Source: an uncultured Pseudomonadota bacterium (GTDB lineage: Bacteria > Oederibacteriota > Muellerivitia > Muellerivitales > Muellerivitaceae). From it: 64,000 nucleotides of DNA. The position numbers and the translations under genes are program-made. Below, piece by piece: positions 8,996 to 19,411 of the stretch. Each line of letters starts with the position of its first letter. Within the stretch, counting starts at the first letter, position 1. The notes below the pieces were generated by a model. That model did no database searches, was not told where the DNA came from, and was given only the letters and a program-made list of their open reading frames with translations. The DNA lies in contig CAWJKT010000011.1 of NCBI GenBank assembly GCA_963843375.1, positions 96,001 to 160,000 of the forward strand, written 5' to 3'.

Positions 8996-9616
8996 ATGCT
9001 TCAAGCTATCAAGGCTTTCGCCCTCTTGGGGGGCGAATGGGTTCTTTACATTCTTTTGGGACTGTCCATCTGGAGCATTGCTGTCATTTGGGACCGGTTT
9101 TTCCTTTTCAAGAAGAAAGTCCAGGATACGGAACTGTTAGAGGAGAGGGTGCCGGACCTGCTTTCGAAAGGAAACATCAAGGAAGTCCAAAAACTCGTCG
9201 AGAATACGGCTTCACCCGCGGGCGCCATCCTGAAAGTGGGCTTGGCCAACCTTTCGGCGGGACCGGAAGCCCTGGGGCAAATCCTTGAAAGCCAAAGAAT
9301 CCACGAAAAAATGGTGATGGAGAAAAACCTGTTGGTACTGGGTACCCTGGGCAGCAACGCGCCTTTTATCGGCCTGTTCGGGACCGTCTTAGGAATCATC
9401 AAGGCCTTCAACGATCTGGCTTTGGCGGGCACTTCCGGACCCACAGTGGTCATGCGGGGGGTTTCCGAGGCCCTGGTGGCCACCGCCGTGGGCCTCCTCA
9501 TCGCCATTCCCTGTGTGGCCACTTATAACTATTTCCAAAATCTGGTTAAGCTTTCGCTGGCGAACTCCGACCGACTTTCGGGCCTATTGTTGGCCTATGT
9601 CCAAAGGAAAGACTAA
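8996..9616 (+). CDS. exbB: MotA/TolQ/ExbB proton channel protein
   Basis: [24 protein letters not shown] and [18 protein letters not shown] motifs; AGGAGG RBS. Confidence 0.92.
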   Translation: MLQAIKAFALLGGEWVLYILLGLSIWSIAVIWDRFFLFKKKVQDTELLEERVPDLLSKGNIKEVQKLVENTASPAGAILKVGLANLSAGPEALGQILESQRIHEKMVMEKNLLVLGTLGSNAPFIGLFGTVLGIIKAFNDLALAGTSGPTVVMRGVSEALVATAVGLLIAIPCVATYNYFQNLVKLSLANSDRLSGLLLAYVQRKD

Positions 9617-9619
9617 GAC

Positions 9620-10024
9620 ATGGCTGCTTCCACCCATGATCCGGATGAGCCCATCACGCAAATCAACGTGGTCCCGCTGGTTGACATTATGCTGGTGCTT
9701 TTAATCATTTTCATGCTGACCGCCAGTTTCATCGCCACCCCTTCGGTTCCGGTGCATCTGCCAAAATCCTATAGCACCGATCCTTCCCTTCCCAGAAGCA
9801 TCTCCATCGTTTTGAACACGAAGGACGAACTCTTTTACCAGGGCAAGAAAACCGAAAAAACTGATTTGTCCACTCAACTGAAGGAATCTGCCATCACGAA
9901 CCCCGAATTGCGGGTGGTACTTTCCGCCGACGGTTCGGTGGACTACCAGAAGGTTATGGAGGTTTTGGATTTAGTTCGCCAAGCGGGGGTCAGCCAGGTC
10001 GCCCTGGGAGCGGAGAAACCGTGA
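9620..10024 (+). CDS. exbD: ExbD/TolR biopolymer transport protein
   Basis: INVVPLVDIMLVLLIIFM and LSADGSVDYQKVMEVLD motifs. Confidence 0.93.
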   Translation: MAASTHDPDEPITQINVVPLVDIMLVLLIIFMLTASFIATPSVPVHLPKSYSTDPSLPRSISIVLNTKDELFYQGKKTEKTDLSTQLKESAITNPELRVVLSADGSVDYQKVMEVLDLVRQAGVSQVALGAEKP

Positions 10025-10614
10025 AACACCGAGACTTCCTTTCCCTGCCTCCCTTACCCTGGGCCTTGTCCCTAGGAACCCACCTGGCCTTTATCCTGGC
10101 AGTGTTTTTGGTGGGGCACACGCACTTCCTTGACATGACTACGGTCACAATGGATTTCGCTCCCTCAAAGGTATCGTCCCTTTACCAACCGCCGAAGGAG
10201 GATATCTGGCAAAAGCCAATGCTCCGAAGGATGAGCCGCCTTCCCATTCCCAAGCCCAAAGTGGTGCCGACTCCCCCGCCCGCCGCTGCCCAAGTGTCCG
10301 AAGTGGGACAGGGAAGCGGTGCAATTCGGTCCGTTGCCCAAGTCAGTCAATTGCCCCGTTTCATCAACCAGGTCAAGCCCCTTTACCCGGATTCCGCCAA
10401 ACATGCGGGCATTGAGGGCGTTGTGATATTGCAAGTGGACATCGACGCCACGGGTGCGGTGATGGATGTGGAAGTACTCCAAGGTCTGGGATCGGGTTGC
10501 GACGAGGCGGCAGTGGCGGCCATGAAGCAATCGACCTTCACACCCGCCTATGCGGGCTCGGAGCCGGTGCCGGTGAGGATCAAGATACCTTACCGGTTTG
10601 AGATTAACGGATAA
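10021..10614 (+). CDS. tonB: Energy transducer TonB
   Basis: TM with SLGTH (SxxxH), Pro-rich linker, C-terminal domain PLYPDSAKHAGIEGVVILQVDIDATG. Confidence 0.9.
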   Translation: MKHRDFLSLPPLPWALSLGTHLAFILAVFLVGHTHFLDMTTVTMDFAPSKVSSLYQPPKEDIWQKPMLRRMSRLPIPKPKVVPTPPPAAAQVSEVGQGSGAIRSVAQVSQLPRFINQVKPLYPDSAKHAGIEGVVILQVDIDATGAVMDVEVLQGLGSGCDEAAVAAMKQSTFTPAYAGSEPVPVRIKIPYRFEING

Positions 10615-10676
10615 AACCATAGTTAAATTGCTGTCATTGATGGGATGAAAGCTATTAACTCTAAAAAGGGATAGCG

Positions 10677-13037
10677 ATGAAAATTTCGGTAATTAAATCA
10701 TCCCTTTTGATCTTGTTCCTATTAGGTTCCTGGAATTTCGTTCAAGCCCAGACGCCCAGCCCCGAAACAACTCCTACCGGCGTCCTTTATCAACTCTCGG
10801 GACGAATTCTCGAAAAGGGAAACCGGGCTCCGGTTATCGGGGGCAGCCTTTACTTGGAGGCGTTGGGTAACACTCTTACGCCCGAATCCACTCCCGCGAC
10901 CGGGGAAACTTCAACGACCCTTGCCTCCTATTCCGCCGACGCGGATTTGAAAGGGAACTACAAGCTTTCGGTTCCGCTGGGCACTTACCGTCTGACGGTC
11001 GCAGGGGAGGGGTTCAAGAAAGTCACCTTGGCTTCTTTCGAACTCACCCGGGAAATGAGTAAAAATTTTTATCTTGAAAGGGACGGATTCACTTTGCCGG
11101 AAGTGATTGTCACCACCGATAAAATCCCCAAAACCCAGGTCAGCCAGGAATCCCTCTCGAAACAGGAACTGACGAACGTGCCCGGAACTCAAGAAGATGT
11201 CCTCAAGGCTCTCCAAGCCTTGCCGGGGGTCATCACCGCCGGTTCTCTCGACGGCCAGCTTTTGGTGCGGGGCAGCGGGCCCGACGACAACCAGTATTAC
11301 GTGGACAACGTACCCATCGCCTTTCCCTACCACTTCGGGATCGTCTCAACACTGGATTCAAACCTGATCAAGGACATCGATTTTTATTCCGGAGGCTTCG
11401 GACCCCAGTTTCCCAATTCCATGGGAGGCTTGGTGGATCTGACCCAGCGGGACCCCCGCTCCGACCGGTGGGGTTTCCGCGAGGACGTGAACCTTTTCCT
11501 TTCCGAGATGGAACTCGAAGGGCCCGTAACTTCCGATAGCTCCCTGGCCCTTGCTGGGCGCCGCAGTTACCTGGACCTTTTCCTAAAGGATTTTTCGGGC
11601 AGCCAGGGTGATATCGAAGTGCCCGTCTTCAGCGATTACCAGGTGAAGTACAGTATCAACCCCTCCCCCCAAGTACATTGGGATTTCGTCGCCTTCGGAA
11701 GCGCCGACACCGTCAGCGGATCCATCTCCGCCGCGGCCACCGAGGCCGTCAACGACCCCGATTTGGCGGGGGCCTTTGACTTCAGTGACGGCTACAACAG
11801 CCAGGGAGTGAATTACCGGGACACTTCCGACCCGCAAAACACCATCGCCAACACGGCCTACCACACCAACAGCTATTTCAACTTCAACCTGGGGCCCGGT
11901 CTTTATGAGGACAATAGCATCGAGGATTTCGGGGACAAGTTTTCCGTCAAGCACGAGTTTGATTCCGACACCAGCCTGGAAGGAGGCGTCCAATACGACC
12001 ATTTCATCGATTCCTTGAACGCCTTTTTCGTGATTGAACCCAGTGAAAGTGAATACCAGAATTTCAACCTGACCACCGCCAGCAAATTTATTTCCCAGGA
12101 CCAGACCAATTCCAATGACGCCTCCGCCTACCTGGACCAAAAATTCAAAGCGTTCAACAGGAAACTGGAATTTTCTCTGGGGGCCCGCTTGGATTACGTG
12201 GATTCGGACGCGATGGTTTACCTCACGCCGAAGCTTTCCACCGCCTACCATTTGACGGACGATGCCACTCTCAAGGCTTCTTTCGGCTATTACGACGAAG
12301 CGCCGGATAGGATCATCGGGGCACCCTACCTGGATCAAACCCTCGGAAACCCCCATTTGGCGCCGCAACAATCCATTGCCACCGTCCTAGGAGTGGAACA
12401 AAAACTGGATTCCTCGGGGCTGCTCTTCCGGGTGGAAGGATATAACAAGGAATTTTCCAGCCTGATCGTCTCCAACCCGGATAGCATTCCGGGGGAGGGC
12501 TACCTGAACAGCGGCACGGGCTACGCCCGGGGTGTTGAGTTTTTCCTGCGCCAGCCCCCGACATCGCGGTTTTTCGGTTGGATCGCCTATTCCCTCAGCA
12601 CCTCCCAACGGCAGGATGCTCCCGGAGGCTACATTTATCCCTACGAGTATGATGAGCCCAATGTCCTGACCGCCGTGGGAAATTACAAGTTGAACCCGGG
12701 CTGGGACATGGGATTCAAGGTGCTTTACTCCACCGGCCATCCCTGGACCCCGGTTATATCCGCCCCCTCAACAGTCATCGCCGGGCCCACGACCATATAC
12801 GACCCGCAATACGCCTCCACCGATTCCGCCCGGCTTCCGGATTACTTCCGGGTGGATTTTTCCACCTCTTTCAAGACCGTTTACGACACCTGGGAATGGA
12901 AGGTTTATCTGGATATCGTCAATCTTTTCCACGCCCAAAACGTCCTGGGATATCAATACAACAGCAATTACACCCAAACTACGGCGGTCCTGGACTTGCC
13001 CTTTTTGCCCTACCTAGGGGTGGAAGTGACCTATTAG
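10677..13037 (+). CDS. TonB-dependent receptor with N-terminal carboxypeptidase-regulatory-like domain
   Basis: Signal peptide; plug motifs DVLKALQALPGV, LLVRGSGPDDN, FYSGGFGPQF; barrel end RLPDYFRVD...NLFHAQN...LGVEVTY. Confidence 0.9.
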   Translation: MKISVIKSSLLILFLLGSWNFVQAQTPSPETTPTGVLYQLSGRILEKGNRAPVIGGSLYLEALGNTLTPESTPATGETSTTLASYSADADLKGNYKLSVPLGTYRLTVAGEGFKKVTLASFELTREMSKNFYLERDGFTLPEVIVTTDKIPKTQVSQESLSKQELTNVPGTQEDVLKALQALPGVITAGSLDGQLLVRGSGPDDNQYYVDNVPIAFPYHFGIVSTLDSNLIKDIDFYSGGFGPQFPNSMGGLVDLTQRDPRSDRWGFREDVNLFLSEMELEGPVTSDSSLALAGRRSYLDLFLKDFSGSQGDIEVPVFSDYQVKYSINPSPQVHWDFVAFGSADTVSGSISAAATEAVNDPDLAGAFDFSDGYNSQGVNYRDTSDPQNTIANTAYHTNSYFNFNLGPGLYEDNSIEDFGDKFSVKHEFDSDTSLEGGVQYDHFIDSLNAFFVIEPSESEYQNFNLTTASKFISQDQTNSNDASAYLDQKFKAFNRKLEFSLGARLDYVDSDAMVYLTPKLSTAYHLTDDATLKASFGYYDEAPDRIIGAPYLDQTLGNPHLAPQQSIATVLGVEQKLDSSGLLFRVEGYNKEFSSLIVSNPDSIPGEGYLNSGTGYARGVEFFLRQPPTSRFFGWIAYSLSTSQRQDAPGGYIYPYEYDEPNVLTAVGNYKLNPGWDMGFKVLYSTGHPWTPVISAPSTVIAGPTTIYDPQYASTDSARLPDYFRVDFSTSFKTVYDTWEWKVYLDIVNLFHAQNVLGYQYNSNYTQTTAVLDLPFLPYLGVEVTY

Positions 13038-13224
13038 GGTAAGGGGATAGAACTTCAGTTTGACGTCCTTCCAAAGAGCAAGGCCAATAGGCCCGAATGG
13101 CGAGGTCGGAATATCAGGTTGTGCGGTTTTTGGAGAATCCCGCAAGGGGCTGCGGGAATTCTGGCAAGCAACAGGCAGGTTAGGAAGCGAATAATTTTTT
13201 TGTATTTCTCTTTGGGGACCGGTC

Positions 13225-14175
13225 TTACTTGGGAGCCGGCGAGTTAAGGGCCTCAAAATCGTATTTAAAGCCAATCTTTAAAATGTCGTAAACGATGTTC
13301 TCCGCGCCGGTAGATGTTCCCACGCCGTTGGATTCGATAAAGAGATAACTGCCCGATTGCATTTTGATGTCGATTCCCAAGGCCAAGCGGAAGGCAAAAT
13401 CGCTGCTCACCAAGCCCGTCGAACTCTCAACATTAAAGGGATAAGTCTCCTCCGTGACAGTAACGGGTTGGGCGTTATAAAAGGCTACTCCGAGTCCCAC
13501 CACCCCGTAGGGCACAACTGGGTTGTCCTCGGGGATAAAGCGGAATTTGCCGCTGACCATGACCAGGGCATCCGACAGCGCCCCCCCCGTGACGCCATAT
13601 CCCAACGGAACCGAAGTCTCATTCAGCGCGAAGGAATTGAAATCCGCGCTTACGATCAAGGAAAAAATCCTAGATATGCCGAAACCTATTCCCGCCCCCA
13701 CGGTGAAACTGGGGTTGTAACTGGTCTGGAAATCAGCCGGGCTATAGGGATTGGTACCGCCGAAATCAAAGTAAAGGCTTTTTGTTTTTTCCGGATATAA
13801 AGGAGTACCGGTTGAAGGAGCGGGTTTCGGCGGGACGTAATCCGGAACGGTAGTGGCCCCGATTTGACTGTCCAAGCGGTCCCGGAATTTTACGAGCGGG
13901 TCGTTTTTGGGATTAATTTTGAGGCTGGTATCACAGGCCGCCAAGGCCTCGGCCATTCGGCCCTGCTTGTAGTAGATATACCCTAGAACCTCGTAAGCCT
14001 TCCAGAGTTGTGAGTCCTTTTGGATCGCGATGTTCAGGTATTGAATTGCCGCATTCAAGTCATCGTTGTGGTAGGCAGCCAAGCCTTCGCTCAGTTCCCC
14101 GGGTTCGGTATCGGCGAATAATGACACGTTTACGCACAGCAAGAGGCCAATCAAAAGTAAAATCCTCTTTTTCAT
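13225..14175 (-). CDS. Exported TPR + outer-membrane beta-barrel domain protein
   Basis: Signal peptide MKKRILLLIG; TPR (WKAYEVLGYIYYKQGRMAEALAACDTSLKINPKN); Pro-rich linker; barrel-like strands (PYGVVGLG, FRLALGIDI, KIGFKYDF). Confidence 0.75.
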   Translation of the reverse strand: MKKRILLLIGLLLCVNVSLFADTEPGELSEGLAAYHNDDLNAAIQYLNIAIQKDSQLWKAYEVLGYIYYKQGRMAEALAACDTSLKINPKNDPLVKFRDRLDSQIGATTVPDYVPPKPAPSTGTPLYPEKTKSLYFDFGGTNPYSPADFQTSYNPSFTVGAGIGFGISRIFSLIVSADFNSFALNETSVPLGYGVTGGALSDALVMVSGKFRFIPEDNPVVPYGVVGLGVAFYNAQPVTVTEETYPFNVESSTGLVSSDFAFRLALGIDIKMQSGSYLFIESNGVGTSTGAENIVYDILKIGFKYDFEALNSPAPK

Positions 14176-14411
14176 GTTTTTCACCACCGAAATAATTTAA
14201 TGACAATTTGGAAGCATTTTAACCTGGAAAAGGGGCTTGAAAAGTAAATTAGAAGGCAGGCCGGGAAAGGCCGACATTCGCTGTTATTTATTCATACAAT
14301 AATAATGGATCCCGCCCCTGTTTAAAGGGTTGAAAAAAAGCTGGTGGAAAAGCAGCTTTCAACCTGAAACGAAAGCGCGGTTCCTAAAAATGTGACGGCG
14401 GGGAGGATGGT

Positions 14412-16545
14412 TTGCCCGGGATTCAAAAAGAATTTTTCGCTGGACGAATAAATTTTTCCAATAATCTTTGGTTGTATTTCCCTGTTCTTTTAATCTTTAA
14501 TGCGGTTCTTTCCTATTGTCCCTTCGATCTTCCTGCGCAACTCGAGCTTTTTTTCTTCGGTATTGCCGTTCCGTTTTTTTTCGCCCTGCGTTCAAGACCG
14601 AACCAACCCCGGGATGAAAGTGAAATTTTCCATTCTGAAACTTTTTCAAAACCGAGCCGATGGATTTGGATGCTGTTTTTGGCCGGGGCTTTACTTTTCC
14701 GTTTTTACCGCCTTGGCGATTTGGCGGCTTGGCCGCTTTTGGACGAGGGCAAGAATGCCTTTTTCGGGATGGAATTAAGCCGACATTGGAGTGGGAGGTT
14801 GTTTTACGACATTTGCCAAATGCCGCCCTTTTCCTACTGGGTCTCGGGGCTGTTTTTCAAGGTTTTCACGCCTTCTCTTACTACCCTTTGGCTTTTACCC
14901 GCGTTCATTTCCCTGGCAGTTCTGCCCATAGGATATGGCGCCGCTCGGTTCTATTTTTCAAAAAGTTTTTCCCTGCTTTTTCTTGGTCTCCTAGGCCTGA
15001 GTCTCTATCCGGTATACGTGGGGCGGTTCAACCTCCAAGCCGTCGATCTTCTGTTTTGGGAAATGGCCGTCTTCCTGGCTTTGGGTCGGGTGATCCAATT
15101 AAAGACATCCGGAGCGGTTTTGCTTTTGGGTCTTTGCGTGGGCGCGGGATTTTACATTCACTTCGCCTGGGCCTTGGTGGCGCTAGGGATAGGGCTTTTA
15201 ACCCTGGGAATCTTTTCAAAAGAGAAAATTACTCGAAAATTAAAAGTTTTCGGCTTTCTGGGTTTTTCCATCTTTGTAGTCCTGGCGCCTCTTCTTTGGG
15301 CTGCTGAAAGGGAAGGATTCGGAAGTTATATTCGGAGTCTATTTCTGGATAATCCGGGTGAAAATTGGGGGGGGCGGCTTTACGATTCCCTTTCCTATGT
15401 GACGGTTCTTTTTTGGGGGAGCTCAAACTGATTCGCACGCTTATAAACCTTTCTGGGGGGGATACCTGAACCCCTTGTCGGCGACCTGCTTTCAAATCGG
15501 TTTGGTAGAAATATTTCGGCTGAGAGGAAGGGCTTACTCCAAATCGATTTTAACCTTGTTGGCCGTGTTTCTACTTCCGGCTTTTCTCAGCCAAGGAACG
15601 GAATATTTCCGTATAGTCCCCGTCCTACCGGTGATTTTAGTGGTGGTGGCCGTGGGACTAAATGTTTTGGGAACCGGACTGCCACCCGGGAAAAAAAACC
15701 TGTTTCTCTGCTCTTTTCTGGCGATTTCCCCAGCTCTGGATTTTTACCACTTGGCGGTTACCTATCCCCGGGCCTGCCTTTCAGGGTTCGGCCATTGGAA
15801 CGATTATACGAAATCGGTGGAACGCTGGAGAGCCTACCATATTTTGAAAACAGTCGCGGGTGAAAAGGGTCCCGGTGTTTATCTCTCAAATTTCGATCCC
15901 TATCCGTTCGATAGGTCCTTAGAGTTGGCCTCGGGAGACTTTAATTTGGAAGAAGGGTGGACTGCTTCCTTGAACCCGCCAAAATGGACCGCTTTCTTGG
16001 CTAACGTGAATGATAAGCCTTTCCTGTCCCAAAGGTTTCCCCTGGCAAAAATCATTTGGCTTGATCCCGACTTGGAAGAGGGGGACGAAGGTTTGATACT
16101 GGTGGTGATTCCCAGAGGGGGAATCGACCTGCGGACTTTTAACCAATGGGCATTGGCCGACAGGGCCTTAGTGTCCGTTTCGATGGAGATGTTGAACCGG
16201 CCTACTAATGGAAGGCGTGGAAAAATTCTCCAGGAATTTTCCAAAATTTATCACTTTTTCCAAGGCGATCCTTTTCTCGAATCCCTGTTTTGGAACCAAG
16301 TTTACTTAAACCACAGCGCGGATGGGGATTTGCCCTCGGCCCTTTTTGACCTTCGGCAGGCCATCCGGCTGGGCTATCCCTCTGCTTATTTTTATAACGA
16401 AGCGGGCGCCTTGCTCTTTTCGGAAAAAAATCAAGAGTGGGCTCGCGAGGCTTTCACCCGGGCCTGCAAATCGGAATTTAATAAGACCCCGGCTGTGGAT
16501 AATTTGAGAGAAATGGACAAGCAGGAAAAAAATAATCGGCCTTGA
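14412..16545 (+). CDS. GT-C fold (ArnT/PMT-like) membrane glycosyltransferase with C-terminal TPR-like tail; one apparent frameshift (~15415)
   Basis: FRFYRL...WPLLDEG motif; the frames join as VLFWG..TDSHAYKPFWGGYLNPLSA, matching the intact paralog at 40651 (VLFWG...AYTPVKGGFLNPF). The shift lies in a T/G homopolymer run. Confidence 0.8.
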
Positions 16546-16594
16546 ATGACTGGATTATAAGGTTGAAGTAAAAAGAGTCAAACCCTCTTTTACT

Positions 16595-17827
16595 TCAACT
16601 ATCGATTCCCTTAGGAGATTGGTCCGTGGGGGAGTATTCCAGGCGGCTAGGATTACCACTGGTGACGGGGGAACCGTCGGCACCAAAAACTTGAAAACCG
16701 CCGTCATCGGTGAGCACCAGGATCTGCAATTCGCCCCCCTTGAGGGAATACTTTACCCCCGCCACGTGGGAACTCAAGAAAACGGGTTTGGAGTCCTTCC
16801 CCCCCACCACGTTATAAAGAAAGGCGTCGCCGGTATCGCCCTGGATGCGAACCATGCGCAAGCCGTCGGGGCTTTTAAAGACGAGGGGATCCTGGCCTTG
16901 ATCGTCATCCTTTTGGGCTGATTGGTTGGAACCGGAAGATTCCGCGTTATTGTTAGCTCCCTGGCTTGCGTCAGGAACCTGGTTTCCAGAACGATCGGCG
17001 TAGTAGTTGTTATTGTCCTCACTGGTGTTGTTGGAAGATCCAGCGGAGGAATAATCACCGTTGTCATAAGCATAAATCGCATCCGAGTCGGGGTTCTGCC
17101 ACAGCCAGTTGCCGTTGTTCCAGTAGCACCAATTTGCGCCGGCCGGGTCATACCACCACCAGTTGCCCGCGTAAAATTGGGTCCAAAAAAAGCCGCTTCC
17201 CAGATTCCATCCGTACCAGTCGGAACCCCATCGGCCATGGTAATGACAAAAGCTCACGCCGTTCCACGAGTGCCAGGCGTACTGGCCCGGCCGATTTTCC
17301 ATGGCATCGTAGGTGTTGACACGCCCCAAGAAACGAGCGTCGTGGACGATACCGGACATTTGGTTACGAACCGAGGCCGAACCCATACCGCGGGAGGAAA
17401 CCATGGACGAAGAAAAGGGTTGGCCGTTGGGGCCGCGTGAAGGGAAGCCCGAGATGGGGTTCCGCAGGCTTCCGGGTAAATCGGGGCCGCGGGTTACGAA
17501 CCGGTGGAAGCCGGCAACACCATCACTTTGAAATCGCGAGGATAAAGACCGGCTGGCATAGGAATTGGAATAACTCGAACCGTTTTGGCCGTAAGCCCGG
17601 CCAAAGGAATGATTGAAACTCTGGCCGGCATAACCGCCGCCATTGGAATGGGAGGAAAAGGAATGGGAAACCCGCCCGGCGGAGCCGAAAGACCGGAAGG
17701 AACCACCCCTGGAAACACGGGCCGAGGATGAAGCCCCGCCACCTCTGCCGGATGAACTTTTCGCAGCAAGAGCCGGTATGGAGGAAAGTAGAAGGGTAAT
17801 CAGCGGAAAAACGAGGAATTTTTTCAT
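16595..17827 (-). CDS. Exported hypothetical protein with Gly/Ser/Arg low-complexity and Trp-rich segments
   Basis: Start MKKFLVFPLITLLLSSIPALA with GAGG RBS; ECF-type promoter upstream. Confidence 0.8.
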   Translation of the reverse strand: MKKFLVFPLITLLLSSIPALAAKSSSGRGGGASSSARVSRGGSFRSFGSAGRVSHSFSSHSNGGGYAGQSFNHSFGRAYGQNGSSYSNSYASRSLSSRFQSDGVAGFHRFVTRGPDLPGSLRNPISGFPSRGPNGQPFSSSMVSSRGMGSASVRNQMSGIVHDARFLGRVNTYDAMENRPGQYAWHSWNGVSFCHYHGRWGSDWYGWNLGSGFFWTQFYAGNWWWYDPAGANWCYWNNGNWLWQNPDSDAIYAYDNGDYSSAGSSNNTSEDNNNYYADRSGNQVPDASQGANNNAESSGSNQSAQKDDDQGQDPLVFKSPDGLRMVRIQGDTGDAFLYNVVGGKDSKPVFLSSHVAGVKYSLKGGELQILVLTDDGGFQVFGADGSPVTSGNPSRLEYSPTDQSPKGIDS

Positions 17828-17898
17828 ATAGACCACCTCTTCGGAGGGGTTTAAGGCCATGTCGTCACAAGAATGATTTTTAATCCCTCGCCTATTAT

Positions 17899-17928
17899 TA
17901 TGACGCTTTTGGAGTTGAAATTGTTACT
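17899..17928 (-). promoter_or_regulatory. Putative ECF-sigma promoter
   Basis: AGTAAC-N17-CGTCATA upstream of the 17827 start. Confidence 0.6.
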
Positions 17929-18039
17929 CCTGAAACAAAAGAGACAATTGGGGGTCGCCCTTTGGCCCCAAAAGGCTTAAAAACGCCAGGTTTGTTATGT
18001 TCTTGGAATCAGGAAATCCGAAGAGAATAAAGGTGCGGT

Positions 18040-19143
18040 TTATTGAATTTCCCGTATCAGGTCGTTGTTCGAGTCCCCGACGTAAACATTCCCGGAAGTA
18101 TCGACCGCGATTCCGGCTGGACCATTGAACGACGCGGCAGTCCCTGTTCCGTTGGCCGATCCGGAAGAACCGGACCCGGCAAGGGTTGTCACGACTCCTC
18201 CGGGGGTTATTTTTCGAATCAAGTTATTGCCCCAGTCCCCTACATAGACATTCCCGTTGGAATCCACGGAGATTCCAACGGGGGTTTTGAAGGAAGCAGC
18301 GGACCCCGTTCCGTTGGATGATCCGGAAGAGCCGGACCCAGCCAGTGTCGTCACCACACCACTCGAAGTGATTTTTCGGATCAAACTGTTCCAATTATCC
18401 GCGACATAAACATTTCCCGAAGAGTCCACGGCGACTCCAAAGGGATTATTGAAGGAGGCCGCGGTCCCAGTCCCATTGGAGGAGCCGAAAGACCCGGACC
18501 CCGCCAGAGTCGTCACCACGCCACCCGGGGTGATTTCTCGGATCAAGTTGCTGTGGGAATCCCCGACATATACATTTCCATTGGAATCGACCGCGATGCC
18601 AACCGGCTGATTGAACGATGCGGCGGTCCCCGTTCCGTTGCCGTTCCCGGGAGACCCGGATCCCGCCAGGGTCGTGACCACGCCACCTGAAGTGATTTTA
18701 CGAATCAAGTTGTTACCCGAATCCGCGACATAAACATTTCCAGAGGTATCTACCGCGACGCCTTGAGGCTTTCTAAAAGTTGCGCCGGTCCCCGTTCCGT
18801 TGGTTGAGCCCGAGTTTCCCGACGATCCCGCGAGGGTCATTACGGTTCCTCCCGAGGTGATTTCCCGAATCAGGTTGTTGTTGGTATCGGCGACGTAAAC
18901 GTTATCGGAGGAGTCCACCGCGACTCCAAAGGGATAGCTAAAGGAGGTGTTTGTTCCGGATCCGTTCGTTGAACCCGCTACTCCTGTTGTTCCCGCAAGG
19001 GTTGTAACGACCCCTGGACTGGAAGAAGCCAGGAGTTGGGCGGGTAAAATCGCGCCAAATGAAAGAAGCAGCAGGCTTGAACCAAGCCGAAAAAAGCTCC
19101 ACAGCAGGAGGGCCGCTTTAAAATTTAATCTACGCATAGTCAC
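18040..19143 (-). CDS. Exported NHL-repeat beta-propeller protein
   Basis: Six ~54-aa repeats GVVTTLAGSG...NGTGTAASFNxPxG(V/I)AVDSSGNVYV(A/G)DxxNNLIRKIT after a signal-like N-terminus. Confidence 0.9.
   Translation of the reverse strand: MTMRRLNFKAALLLWSFFRLGSSLLLLSFGAILPAQLLASSSPGVVTTLAGTTGVAGSTNGSGTNTSFSYPFGVAVDSSDNVYVADTNNNLIREITSGGTVMTLAGSSGNSGSTNGTGTGATFRKPQGVAVDTSGNVYVADSGNNLIRKITSGGVVTTLAGSGSPGNGNGTGTAASFNQPVGIAVDSNGNVYVGDSHSNLIREITPGGVVTTLAGSGSFGSSNGTGTAASFNNPFGVAVDSSGNVYVADNWNSLIRKITSSGVVTTLAGSGSSGSSNGTGSAASFKTPVGISVDSNGNVYVGDWGNNLIRKITPGGVVTTLAGSGSSGSANGTGTAASFNGPAGIAVDTSGNVYVGDSNNDLIREIQ
18045..19020 (-). repeat. Intragenic ~162-bp tandem repeats (NHL blades)
   Basis: GACATA(A/T)ACATTTCC recurs at 18403, 18565 and 18727, a 162-bp period. 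Confidence 0.85.
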
Positions 19144-19411
19144 ATCCCGTCAAATTTATTAAGAAGCATTATTATTGAAGATAGTTTACCGCTGCTCTTG
19201 CCGCTGGAACAAAATTAATAAATCAAAAAAGGTATATCCTTTAATAAAAGGTAAAAAAGACGAAAAAACAGGAAGAAAAAGGGTTTCACCCCCCTCTGTT
19301 TTTATTAACTCAGTATCCTGTTAAACTGCTTCTGTCATTTGATGTTCTAAGTGTCTTTGTGGTTATGTAGGCCTATTATTGAGAGTTCTCAGTCATCTGC
19401 CGGAGGTTTTG

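Noticed and set aside
5020..12977. Long antisense and alternate-frame ORFs (e.g. 5020-5583, 6834-7700, 11583-12371)
   Set aside because: They are shadows of well-supported genes in GC-rich coding DNA and have no motifs of their own.
18045..19020. Regular 162-bp repeats that could suggest a CRISPR array or repeat element
   Set aside because: They are in-frame, degenerate at synonymous positions and encode NHL propeller blades; there are no unique spacers or cas genes.
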